DNA of 64,000 nt from a virus (lineage: Duplodnaviria > Caudoviricetes). The DNA lies in the IMG/VR virus record IMGVR_UViG_2914436621_000001, positions 32,001 through 96,000 of that record. One strand, written 5' to 3'. The translations under genes and the position numbers were made by a program. Position 1 is the first letter of the stretch, and each line of letters begins with the position of its first letter. Below the pieces are notes generated by a model. The model was not told the origin of the DNA. It was given only the letters and a program-made list of their open reading frames with translations, and made no database searches. Of this stretch, positions 8,796 to 17,532 are shown one piece after another.

Positions 8796-10388
8796 CTATC
8801 TGGTTTCTTCAACCTGAAATTTGGCGAGCAAGCTATCAATGTATTTAGAAATTTCCTGCCGCTTCCTGCCGCTGGTTACTCCCATGTGTTGCTCAATAAA
8901 TCTGGTTCGCCCCATGCCTTTGCTGAGCGTCAAAAACAATCCGAGAAAACTCCGCTCGCTCAGGCCAGCCCAATTTTGTCCCAATTCTTGAATCAACCCT
9001 AAAACGGGTTTGTCCACCAGTCCATGCGGGTTGTCCGGGTTTTGTCCAGCGCTTGTCCCGGTTTTGTCCGGGTTTTGTCCATCTCTGTCCGGTGTTTGTC
9101 TTGACCCATTTGAGCTGGTCAGTTCAGGGAATCGAGTTAACATCCAAACCACTGGATCTGGATGCCCATACTCATTAGTTTCGGTGAGAATCCATGATGG
9201 CAACTCCCATCGGTCTTCTCTACCGTTTCGATCGATCAGATATTTGCCAGTGGGCGATCGCTCACCCATTTCGTCTTCAGTGTGAACGGCAAAGATGCCA
9301 ACACGACCACTGCGCCAGGTCGCATCCATGCCTTTCAACCCATGAGCGCCGGAGGTGTCATTTTGGCTGATGCCGATGAAACCTATGCCGCTCTTTGGTC
9401 CTTTCATCAGCACAGCGGTGAGCAGCTTCTGCAAATCGATTTCGTATTGGCTAGCAGCGGCCAGCATTTCGTCAAAAATGACAGACTGATGCTTTAAAGA
9501 ATGTTTTGAGGCGGATTCAATAGCACGGGTCATCCGGTCAACACCCTGAGAGTAAGCTCGAAAGTTGCTGGCTACCTCGCTCCAGGCAATTCGTTTGGGG
9601 TAATCATCGTCGGTGCTAAAATAGCCAACCTGATGATCTAAGGCTAACCGGGCGATCGCCAGCATCAAGGCAGCGGTTGTTTTCCCGCTTTGGGACGCGC
9701 CATAAAACCAGACAAACGGATGGTGGATTAGCGACCCAAGCGGGAAACCGTCACGACCTAGCACCGTGAGCAGATCCACCATCCGCGCCCTGGGGTCAGG
9801 GTTGGATAAGTCAGGCTCCATTGAGCGCTGCTCATCGCTATCATCTGGCTCATCATTGGCAGGTAGGTCAATCGACCTTTCTTCTGACTCTGATCCAACG
9901 GCTTGATTGGTGAAGGCAGACGGAGTAAGCGTTGCAGGTTCAAGCAATTTATTTAATGACTCCTTCCGCTGAGGCTTAGGCTTCTCCTGACGCTGCCTCC
10001 AAAGGTTGAGCAACGCCTCTGCATCGGGCGATAGCCGCAACCCTTTCTTCTCCGCCCATATCAACTGCGCGATCGCAGTCTCGTCGCCATACTGTTCGCA
10101 ATACTCGCCTAGCGAATGACCTTCTAACTCATGAGCAACGCAGCCATACTGCTGGATGGCTGTCTGACTCTCGCTCATTTCTTTGTTCCGTCGCCAAGCA
10201 GTGTGGATGCCGATGATAGCAGGCGGCAAGAATGCGAAACCTGTTCCAGTAACTGCCGCGAGGGCAACCCCCGCAACAATGCCACTCACCCCAATCAATC
10301 CAGTGTGGGTGCCCTTAGCGGCTTTGAGGTAAGCATGCTCGATCCATTGTTCATCTGTCAGTTTTGCTGATTCCATAGAGAATTTCAT
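8796..10388 (-). CDS. Membrane-anchored P-loop ATPase (FtsK/TraB/coupling-protein-like)
   Basis: Two N-terminal TMs, Walker A GASQSGKTT, Walker B VIFDE, later GISQ motif. Confidence 0.75.
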   Translation of the reverse strand: MKFSMESAKLTDEQWIEHAYLKAAKGTHTGLIGVSGIVAGVALAAVTGTGFAFLPPAIIGIHTAWRRNKEMSESQTAIQQYGCVAHELEGHSLGEYCEQYGDETAIAQLIWAEKKGLRLSPDAEALLNLWRQRQEKPKPQRKESLNKLLEPATLTPSAFTNQAVGSESEERSIDLPANDEPDDSDEQRSMEPDLSNPDPRARMVDLLTVLGRDGFPLGSLIHHPFVWFYGASQSGKTTAALMLAIARLALDHQVGYFSTDDDYPKRIAWSEVASNFRAYSQGVDRMTRAIESASKHSLKHQSVIFDEMLAAASQYEIDLQKLLTAVLMKGPKSGIGFIGISQNDTSGAHGLKGMDATWRSGRVGIFAVHTEDEMGERSPTGKYLIDRNGREDRWELPSWILTETNEYGHPDPVVWMLTRFPELTSSNGSRQTPDRDGQNPDKTGTSAGQNPDNPHGLVDKPVLGLIQELGQNWAGLSERSFLGLFLTLSKGMGRTRFIEQHMGVTSGRKRQEISKYIDSLLAKFQVEETR

Positions 10389-10401
10389 ACGTCAGCACCT
10401 T

Positions 10402-11145
10402 CTAGCGGTGAGCCTTGAGATGGGTGATTAGGTTGGACAAGCCGAACATCACTTTGACCAGGAACTCGACGCAGTACAGGCAGAAGCCGATCGCTGCCAC
10501 GTTACCCCAGTTGATTTGATTCCACTGCCCGGTCATCAGGACTAACCACGCTCTATCAAACCCACCTTCAATTGGCGGGTAAATGGTGCTAACAACGCAG
10601 AAGTCGAGAATGTACGCAAAGCAGGCGGCATTCCTGGCTGTTGCAACCGTTTGCAGTGGTAAGCGGTTGTAGACTTTTTTCAAGGATTGAAGCAACGGGT
10701 CTTCCCAGGGGCGAACGCTATATTTTCTGCCGGACTCAGCATCATTGATGATGCCTTGCATCAAAATTCGGTTGCGTTCAACAAAGACTGGAGCCGTCTC
10801 GCAAATCTGGATGAATAGCCAAAGAATTGCTCCCAAGAGCCAGAAGATGATGCTCAAAGGAATGCCAGCCAGCCAAGCGACTACTCCACTAGTCGGGACA
10901 ACTCCAGTCAGGCCGACGAGATACTCAACGGCTCTACTGTAGGGGAAGATGTTCAACCAGCAAAAGAATAGTGCAATGAGTGCGGCTGTCCAATATAGGA
11001 GACTGAAGATCCAGGTGTCTTTTAACGCGGAAAGCCATCGTCGGCCCTGCCATTTGCCGCTGCTGCTATCCGCTGGCTCTTGCCAGTTAGATTGCGGTGC
11101 CTGGTAGTCCTCTTCATGCCGTCTGGTTCTGGATTGATAGGCCAT
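10402..11145 (-). CDS. Multi-TM membrane protein
   Basis: About four TM helices; in an operon with the ATPase. Confidence 0.75.
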   Translation of the reverse strand: MAYQSRTRRHEEDYQAPQSNWQEPADSSSGKWQGRRWLSALKDTWIFSLLYWTAALIALFFCWLNIFPYSRAVEYLVGLTGVVPTSGVVAWLAGIPLSIIFWLLGAILWLFIQICETAPVFVERNRILMQGIINDAESGRKYSVRPWEDPLLQSLKKVYNRLPLQTVATARNAACFAYILDFCVVSTIYPPIEGGFDRAWLVLMTGQWNQINWGNVAAIGFCLYCVEFLVKVMFGLSNLITHLKAHR

Positions 11146-11148
11146 TAG

Positions 11149-11661
11149 TTAGTTCCTCACGGGGTTTGAGTAAGTGCCTTCTGCAAACTGGCGTTGCTCT
11201 GCTTCTCGAACGATCGCCTTGTTGCCTGTATAGGCAGGCAGGCTGATTTTGCTGTTGCCATCTAGGATTGCAGTGTTGCCGTTAGCGTCGCAGACCACCG
11301 TGCCAGGTGGCAGTGGTGAGCCATCGACCGGATCGACCACGCGTGCCCCAACGGCAACATTGGCGTATTGATTGGGAGTGTCTGCAAAGTAAATGAACAT
11401 ACAGCCTGCGACGTATCGCCCTTCGGCGATCGCGGCCTGCTGTTCAGCGAAAAGGGTGGAAGCTTCTGCCTCGGCGCTCAAAGCCGCATTGGCTTTGATT
11501 TGCTGCGCTCGAACTTCAGACGCTTTCATGTTTTCGAGAATGTTTTGATGGTTCATTGCTGCGATCGCTGCCGTGGCCACCAATGCGAGGGAAAGCATGG
11601 GATTTCGCTGCGCCCAGTTTTTACGGCTGGTATTGGACTGGAGTTCTTGGAATAAGCTCAT
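11149..11661 (-). CDS. Membrane-anchored exported protein
   Basis: Single N-terminal TM; coupled to the upstream ORF. Confidence 0.7.
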   Translation of the reverse strand: MSLFQELQSNTSRKNWAQRNPMLSLALVATAAIAAMNHQNILENMKASEVRAQQIKANAALSAEAEASTLFAEQQAAIAEGRYVAGCMFIYFADTPNQYANVAVGARVVDPVDGSPLPPGTVVCDANGNTAILDGNSKISLPAYTGNKAIVREAEQRQFAEGTYSNPVRN

Positions 11662-11996
11662 CAGGCGAACACTCCTTGCTGAACCTGAGCAATGAGGGCA
11701 GCGAGTAGATCAAGGAGGTCGCGTTCGGGCAGATCGAAGATATCGATTAAGGCTTCATCCAGGCCAACAGCCTTCAGTTCGTCCTCGACTACGTACTGGA
11801 GCGGGAATTCGACGTACTGTTCGGGCGACAGATATAATTCCAGTTCGTCTGTCGCTAGCACAGAACCGATCGCCCCGACCAGTGTGAGCTTGCAGCGTTT
11901 GGTCATCTTTTGGAAGGTGGAGCCAAACTCCTGGGTCAATCCTTCACAAATTTCTGTGTAGGTAGGGCTTTCTGGATAAGTAGCGTTTTCTGGCAT
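11661..11996 (-). CDS. Acidic hypothetical protein
   Basis: AGAGGA RBS; TGATG overlap with the next gene. Confidence 0.7.
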   Translation of the reverse strand: MPENATYPESPTYTEICEGLTQEFGSTFQKMTKRCKLTLVGAIGSVLATDELELYLSPEQYVEFPLQYVVEDELKAVGLDEALIDIFDLPERDLLDLLAALIAQVQQGVFA

Positions 11997-12070
11997 GTTG
12001 GAATCCTCTTGGCTATATGGGCTGGATTGAATAGCTGGACCGGAATTCCAGTCCGGAATTCCGGACTGGG

Positions 12071-12232
12071 TTAGCGACTGGAATAACGATTGAGCAAAGC
12101 CATGTAGTTGGCTTTAGTAATGCGCCGCCTGCCGCCATCGGGCAAAAGGGCGTAATAGATGCGATTCTTTCCGGTTTCTCCGTTGTTGGTTATTCCGCAG
12201 CATTCATTTGCTGCAACTCGTTTCAGTGCCAT
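12071..12232 (-). CDS. Small hypothetical protein (not in ORF track)
   Basis: Manual translation MALKRVAANECCGITNNGETGKNRIYYALLPDGGRRRITKANYMALLNRYSSR. Confidence 0.4.
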   Translation of the reverse strand: MALKRVAANECCGITNNGETGKNRIYYALLPDGGRRRITKANYMALLNRYSSR

Positions 12233-12319
12233 TGTTTTGTGAGCATAAAGGGCTGTTGAAGAGATGCCATGCGGTGAGGACGGAACCCACCAGCATGGCG
12301 AGGACGAGCGCTTTGCAGA

Positions 12320-12769
12320 TCAGGAACCCGTTAGATTCCGCTGGATTGGGATTCCGGGAAGCGCGAAAAAATCCCCAAACTCCACCTCAAATACCTGTGA
12401 ATCTGCGATTTGCTCTGGCTTTTCATACTGGCGATCGAGGTTTTCGATCTTTTCCACAGCAGCGGCAAAGATGCGAGCTTTGGTTGTGCGATGCAGCTCA
12501 ACCAACACGTCAGAGGCTTGCTCCACGTAGCGCTGATTTGCCTGAATTGCACCTGCCAGCTCTTGATTTAGTTCGGCAGTTTGCTGGTGAAATCGGTTGG
12601 CAGTAATACGCGTGTTGTCGGCATAGACACGAGCAATCTCTCCGGTTTCAACAGGCTGAAATGCTTTATCAGTCTGCTTTTGGCTAGGGTGAATTGGTCG
12701 CTTAATCTGCTGCTTTTGGTTGTTTAGAACAGCTTGCTCTTCGGGGGTTAAATTGCTGTGTTCAGTCAT
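12320..12769 (-). CDS. Hypothetical coiled-coil protein
   Basis: Internal ATG (MTEHSN) overlapping the upstream stop region. Confidence 0.6.
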   Translation of the reverse strand: MTEHSNLTPEEQAVLNNQKQQIKRPIHPSQKQTDKAFQPVETGEIARVYADNTRITANRFHQQTAELNQELAGAIQANQRYVEQASDVLVELHRTTKARIFAAAVEKIENLDRQYEKPEQIADSQVFEVEFGDFFALPGIPIQRNLTGS

Positions 12770-13031
12770 TGGGGTACCTTTCAGGGTGTTGATTAAGGTC
12801 TTTAAGTAGCGCAGTTTTTGCTCGCTCAAGGGAGCGATCGCGCTTTAGGTGATTGGCAATAAAGAGGAACTTAGCGACATCGCGCTTGCCATATAGCGGC
12901 TTACGTTGCACCAGACAGAAGGGGAGCCACTCATAAAACTGGGAGACGCTTAACTCGCGATCAGCCCATATCAGTAGCTCTCGCCTAACGTCATCTCTGG
13001 TGTAGTCCTCTAGTAGTTGTGCTGTGGGCAT
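12762..13031 (-). CDS. Putative MerR-like DNA-binding protein
   Basis: YTRDDVRREL...SVSQFYEW...LYGKRDV; first gene of the ATPase operon. Confidence 0.55.
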   Translation of the reverse strand: MPTAQLLEDYTRDDVRRELLIWADRELSVSQFYEWLPFCLVQRKPLYGKRDVAKFLFIANHLKRDRSLERAKTALLKDLNQHPERYPND

Positions 13032-13229
13032 TTCAGGCTCTCGGCTGAATGTCACCGGAATCTCAAGCAATTCTGATCAGATTCGGGTGACATTCCGGAT
13101 ACATGCAAAATAGCACATTTTTAGTAGCTGTAAAGCTACTAGATAGTAGCTAGCTAAAGTTTTTAAGCTGAATAGTAGCCAAACGGCTGTTAGTTCTTAC
13201 GATGGAAAGGAAGCAACAACGGAGCGTAT

Positions 13230-13631
13230 GTGAGCAAGCGCGTATTTTTAACCTTGCCTGACGGCGTAGCTGCCGACTTGAAGCGATGGGCTGATAGCGA
13301 AAGCAATAATTCTGCTGGATTGGCAGGTTTCCTGGTAGAGCAAGCGGTGCGCCAGGCGAAGGAGGAGGGCAAGATTCCTCCACCTCCTGGTGGGTCACCA
13401 CTACCGGAATACAAATCCCTATCTCAGCTAGTTATGCACAACCTCAGCAAGCTAGCCGAGTCAGGCAAGCTACCACAAAAGCGGCTGAAGGAGCTGATGG
13501 ACGGCGATCGCCCCACAGAAGTCGAAGTTTTGCGGATTGCTCTGTTACTGGAGTTGACCGAAGAGTACGTTTCAGACCTGCCAATCAATGGAGGAGTGAA
13601 TGGCGACAAAACAAAAACTGGAACTAAATGA
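13230..13631 (+). CDS. Ribbon-helix-helix regulator with C-terminal HTH-like part
   Basis: KRVFLTLPDGVAADLKRWA..FLVEQAV. Confidence 0.75.
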   Translation: MSKRVFLTLPDGVAADLKRWADSESNNSAGLAGFLVEQAVRQAKEEGKIPPPPGGSPLPEYKSLSQLVMHNLSKLAESGKLPQKRLKELMDGDRPTEVEVLRIALLLELTEEYVSDLPINGGVNGDKTKTGTK

Positions 13632-14295
13632 TTACTTGCCAAGCAATTGGCAAGTTCTACCAACAGCTAATGGCGTTCGCCTGGTGGCACCTAACGGTAT
13701 GGATGCTCAGTTCTTCTATGAAGGAGCAAGAGAGTATTTAAAGCTTTCGGCGCAAACTCTTGGCTCAATCGAATTGCTCTGGGATGGCTGCGCTCAGCCA
13801 ATCAAGGTGGAAGGCATGGCTAGCGCTAAGTCACCAAGCATCGACAGCTACGCTCCCTCTAAAATCAGCCCTGATGCTAACCATGAGGCGGTGGCAGACT
13901 TCATCAAAGGCAAAAAAGCTGAAGGGCTAATTGTCACCATTACCAGCATGGTGAGCGATAAATGTTTACTGGTTAACGATCTTCAGGTATTCGATCGCGG
14001 CGGTGGCTGGACCGGCGATGACTGGATTGGATTGGATTTCAAAAAGCTATGGCGAGACTCGTTTCAGATTGGCAAGACCAACTACTACGGGCAGCTCGTT
14101 CAAGCAATTGAACGCGATCGCGGTATTTCAGATTTTCACTATCACATCCGCCGCCCGTCCGGAGCGCTGGCAGAATATAGCAGCAGCTACCACTTTGTAG
14201 AAAACTTTTTGGAAGTGCCCGTCAGGATTGCAGTATCCAAGGTGGGTGACTGGAGAGTTATTGAGAGTGCAACTGACGGCAGTGAAACGATCTAG
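13600..14295 (+). CDS. Hypothetical protein with PAS-like C-terminus
   Basis: DDWIGLDFKKLW...YHIRRPSG pattern; GGAGGAG RBS. Confidence 0.6.
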   Translation: MATKQKLELNDYLPSNWQVLPTANGVRLVAPNGMDAQFFYEGAREYLKLSAQTLGSIELLWDGCAQPIKVEGMASAKSPSIDSYAPSKISPDANHEAVADFIKGKKAEGLIVTITSMVSDKCLLVNDLQVFDRGGGWTGDDWIGLDFKKLWRDSFQIGKTNYYGQLVQAIERDRGISDFHYHIRRPSGALAEYSSSYHFVENFLEVPVRIAVSKVGDWRVIESATDGSETI

Positions 14296-14627
14296 ATCAA
14301 ATCCGCAACCGTTGCGGATTTGGAAGAGTCGATCGCCCCTACCTCTTCTTGCTACTCTTTACCCGTCGCCACGCCCAACGCAGCGGCCAGGTGACAAGCC
14401 AGAGCAACCAAAGGACGATCGCAACATCATAACGGCGGGTAAATCGATGCATGAAGTCTCCTGATTTCGCTGGGTTCAGCGTGCCCAAATTCGCAATGGG
14501 GCACAATGGAAACAACTGTTCTACGACAGCCAGCGGCGGTTGCTCTTCCAAGGGGTAGCAGCCGCTTTTGCGTTAGATGGAGCTGGCGGTTGGGGACTTT
14601 AAACCAGAACCCCTTGGAAGAAACAAC

Positions 14628-14858
14628 ATGACAACACAACCATCTGGACAACCCAACTCTCAGAACCCAACATTGATGGAGCTGCGATCGCTACGGCGTG
14701 AGTTTGCAGAACTCAAATCAGAAGTAACTGGATTACGTGCAGACCTCAATAACAAGAAACCGCTTGACATCACAGACCAGGTAGCGAAGGGTGTCGTGGT
14801 TGCAGGTTTCTTCTGGATTGTGATGGCTGCGTTCTTTCAGGCTTGTATGTCTCTCTAG
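14628..14858 (+). CDS. Small coiled-coil protein with C-terminal TM
   Basis: LRREFAELKSEVTGLR coil followed by a hydrophobic tail. Confidence 0.6.
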   Translation: MTTQPSGQPNSQNPTLMELRSLRREFAELKSEVTGLRADLNNKKPLDITDQVAKGVVVAGFFWIVMAAFFQACMSL

Positions 14859-14951
14859 CGTGGTGAGCGGTCGAACAGGCTGAACCAAACAACTGAAGAC
14901 GGAAGAAGTCAGTAACCCTAGCTACTCCAGCTAGGGTTACTGACTCGATCT

Positions 14952-15659
14952 TTAGAGCATCCAACTATGTTCAGGGCAGTAAGCATTGATGGCGGCTACA
15001 TTAATTGCTGCAAGAAGTGAAGCAGGCACATCGCTAGCGGCCTGTTGTCGTAATACAACCTGCAAAGAGCCATGTGCTTGAACGGTTGGGCAAATCATAC
15101 GTGCATACGAAACGATCGTTGCAGGTTCAACAGATCTAGCAGACTCTAATACTCTTGGGTAATCTGCTCCAATGCCTGAGAAAATAGCCCAAAACTGCTC
15201 GTCCAAAACACCAGAAGCAGTAACAGGAGCGGCAGCAACAGGCTGTGAATAGCCGCTAGTTGATGGTGTTGTGGTTTGAGGTCTTGCACTTTCAACCGAT
15301 GCAAGTGCTCTATCCCAATCAAACGATTGTCCCGATGCTTGTTGAGAAGATGGTTGAATGACAGTGGATGTTGATTGGCATCTCGGATCGCTGCTTCGAG
15401 CGTATTCCACCCTGGAAGCTCGGTAACCATCTAACTGGCTGCGATAAGCAACGAGCTGTTGGCGATAATCTGGAGTAATTTCGGCAGAACCAATTAGTTG
15501 TTGTATGGCAGCTATGGCATTATTCCAATCACTCGCACAGACAGAATTTTGCAGTTGAGACTGTAATTGTTGGACGTTGCTGACTTGAGCGATCGCAGGC
15601 GACATAATTGCTACGGCAAGAGATGCTACAGCAGCGGGCAGAGCACAAACCTTCAGCAT
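14952..15659 (-). CDS. Secreted protein
   Basis: Signal peptide ending AIA-Q; paired cysteines. Confidence 0.7.
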   Translation of the reverse strand: MLKVCALPAAVASLAVAIMSPAIAQVSNVQQLQSQLQNSVCASDWNNAIAAIQQLIGSAEITPDYRQQLVAYRSQLDGYRASRVEYARSSDPRCQSTSTVIQPSSQQASGQSFDWDRALASVESARPQTTTPSTSGYSQPVAAAPVTASGVLDEQFWAIFSGIGADYPRVLESARSVEPATIVSYARMICPTVQAHGSLQVVLRQQAASDVPASLLAAINVAAINAYCPEHSWML

Positions 15660-15830
15660 ATTGAAGAGGAAGAAAACGCTATACGCTCAACGTGCCCGAG
15701 ACCTATGAACCTAAAACGCAACAAGAGTAAAGCTTGAATAAAGCCTTAGTTTCTCCCACGATCGGGTGATATTTCGGTGTTTCCAACTGACACAGTGACA
15801 TCACTTAAAGCTGATTTGTTACCTTAGCAA

Positions 15831-16217
15831 ATGCATCCGTCAACATCAGGGATGCACATGAAATTGACTCGGATTGAATACCGAAACTGGATAATTTTGG
15901 TTTTGCCTGTCGGAAGTAGGTGGAGGTTTTCATGCTCTCCTCCCAGCGGAGGAAGCATTACAGACAACAAGATTTATCAAGACCTTCATATCACCTGCGC
16001 GATCGCCAAAGCCCTTGTAGATCGCATCATTATTCGATGTGAAATAACAGGACTGCTTGACACTTGGCTGGAGTCAGGTCAAATTGCCACGGGGCAGTAC
16101 TTTGAAATTAGTCGCTTGATATCAGCACTAGTTAAGTCACAGCTTTCCGTTCATCTAGAAGACGATCAAACACGACCCTCGCCACCTCCGAAAAATCATC
16201 CCGACCCATCGCTCTGA
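15831..16217 (+). CDS. Hypothetical protein
   Basis: 128-aa ORF overlapping the repressor 3' end. Confidence 0.5.
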   Translation: MHPSTSGMHMKLTRIEYRNWIILVLPVGSRWRFSCSPPSGGSITDNKIYQDLHITCAIAKALVDRIIIRCEITGLLDTWLESGQIATGQYFEISRLISALVKSQLSVHLEDDQTRPSPPPKNHPDPSL

Positions 16218-16488
16218 TTTCTTGCAGGACTTCATCTAGTAACTTTTGCGGCTGCACCGGGATGTCATCCAAATATGACTCCAATTCCACTGGAGTCATA
16301 TTTAGGACGGGTGCAATAGATTCTCTTGTTTCTTGGCTTGGATAGGTCACCGCATCAAGATAAGCCAATGCACTTGGCTGACTTACACCTAATCTCCGAG
16401 CGAGTTGCCGCCCCGACAAATTATTTTCTTGCATGTATCGGATCAGCAGCGCTGCGAGCCGATCTTTTTTTGCCTGAAGCCTAGACAA
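16132..16488 (-). CDS. XRE-family repressor (CI-like)
   Basis: LSGRQLARRLGVSQPSALAYL HTH; divergent from the early/replication operon. Confidence 0.8.
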   Translation of the reverse strand: MSRLQAKKDRLAALLIRYMQENNLSGRQLARRLGVSQPSALAYLDAVTYPSQETRESIAPVLNMTPVELESYLDDIPVQPQKLLDEVLQEIRAMGRDDFSEVARVVFDRLLDERKAVT

Positions 16489-16636
16489 GCTTTAATCCAA
16501 ACGCCCTTACGAGCATCTAATCACGCATATAACAGGTGGTTGTTACAAGATTTGATGAAAGGTTATTGTGATCGTTTTGATAGCAGGAAGCTATAATCCA
16601 ATTGAAAGAGCTTTTGCGTTCAGGTGTAAAAACATC

Positions 16637-16849
16637 ATGCCTAGGCTGAAACCGTTGAAACCGCTGAGAGTGCGGCGAACCGTTTACATTCTTGACTCTG
16701 TGGATAAAGCGCTAGGTCACACCTCTATTGAGGTCGGCCAGGACAAGAGCGATCTAGTGACCGAAGCACTGCGCCAATATCTACCTAAAATCTCCAACCT
16801 GCCCGTTGTGCTTGAGCTTCTCGAAAGAGATCGACAAATCGCCTCATAG
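16637..16849 (+). CDS. Small RHH regulator in Cro position
   Basis: RRTVYILDSVDKAL...KSDLVTEALRQYL. Confidence 0.7.
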   Translation: MPRLKPLKPLRVRRTVYILDSVDKALGHTSIEVGQDKSDLVTEALRQYLPKISNLPVVLELLERDRQIAS

Positions 16850-17199
16850 CAAGACCGCCCCAGTTGCAGGACTGGAGCGGTTTTTGAATATTTCTGAATA
16901 AGGCGAGAAAGCCGCCAAAAGTTTCTCAGACCGTAACGGCTCTCTCAGACCTCTAGTTATCCCGTGCCCATTAGCGAGATACCACCCAACAGGCAAAACC
17001 TGCCGAAAGAAGTACACCCGGTGATCAACAGCCGCCCCGCCTTGAAAGTGTGACGGCTGTTGTCTGCCCTAACGGACAACAAAATGTTTCACATAACTAC
17101 AAGCATACCAGCCCCAAATCCGGACTGTCAGCCACAAGCGACACTTCTGCCCTTAAACAATTCTCTCTCTAGAGGAAGAATGACTGTCGGAGGTGCGGC

Positions 17200-17532
17200 A
17201 TGAACGCCATCGACCTGCTTGGCACCTGGGGCAAACTCGAACCTGACCAATATAAAGCCTGGGTTGAGCGTTCTCAGGGGATGGACGATCGCGCCGCCCA
17301 AGCCGAACTACTCCAAACCCTGCTGGAGGCGATCGCCTCCAGCGAAAGTGCCAGAGTGCGCCTTGAAAATTCGTCCCAAGGGTGGCACGCCACCCTTGGG
17401 AAACGGCTTCCAGATTCAAACAGCTTCCAGTTTTTAGTATTTGCCAAAGATCCTGATCCTGCCCTGGCACTGCTAACGGCCTGGGTTGAGTTCCTGGAGA
17501 AAGCAGCGATTGCCTCGGAGGTAGCCCAATGA
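17200..17532 (+). CDS. Hypothetical protein
   Basis: GGAGGT RBS; ATGA overlap with the rep gene. Confidence 0.7.
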   Translation: MNAIDLLGTWGKLEPDQYKAWVERSQGMDDRAAQAELLQTLLEAIASSESARVRLENSSQGWHATLGKRLPDSNSFQFLVFAKDPDPALALLTAWVEFLEKAAIASEVAQ

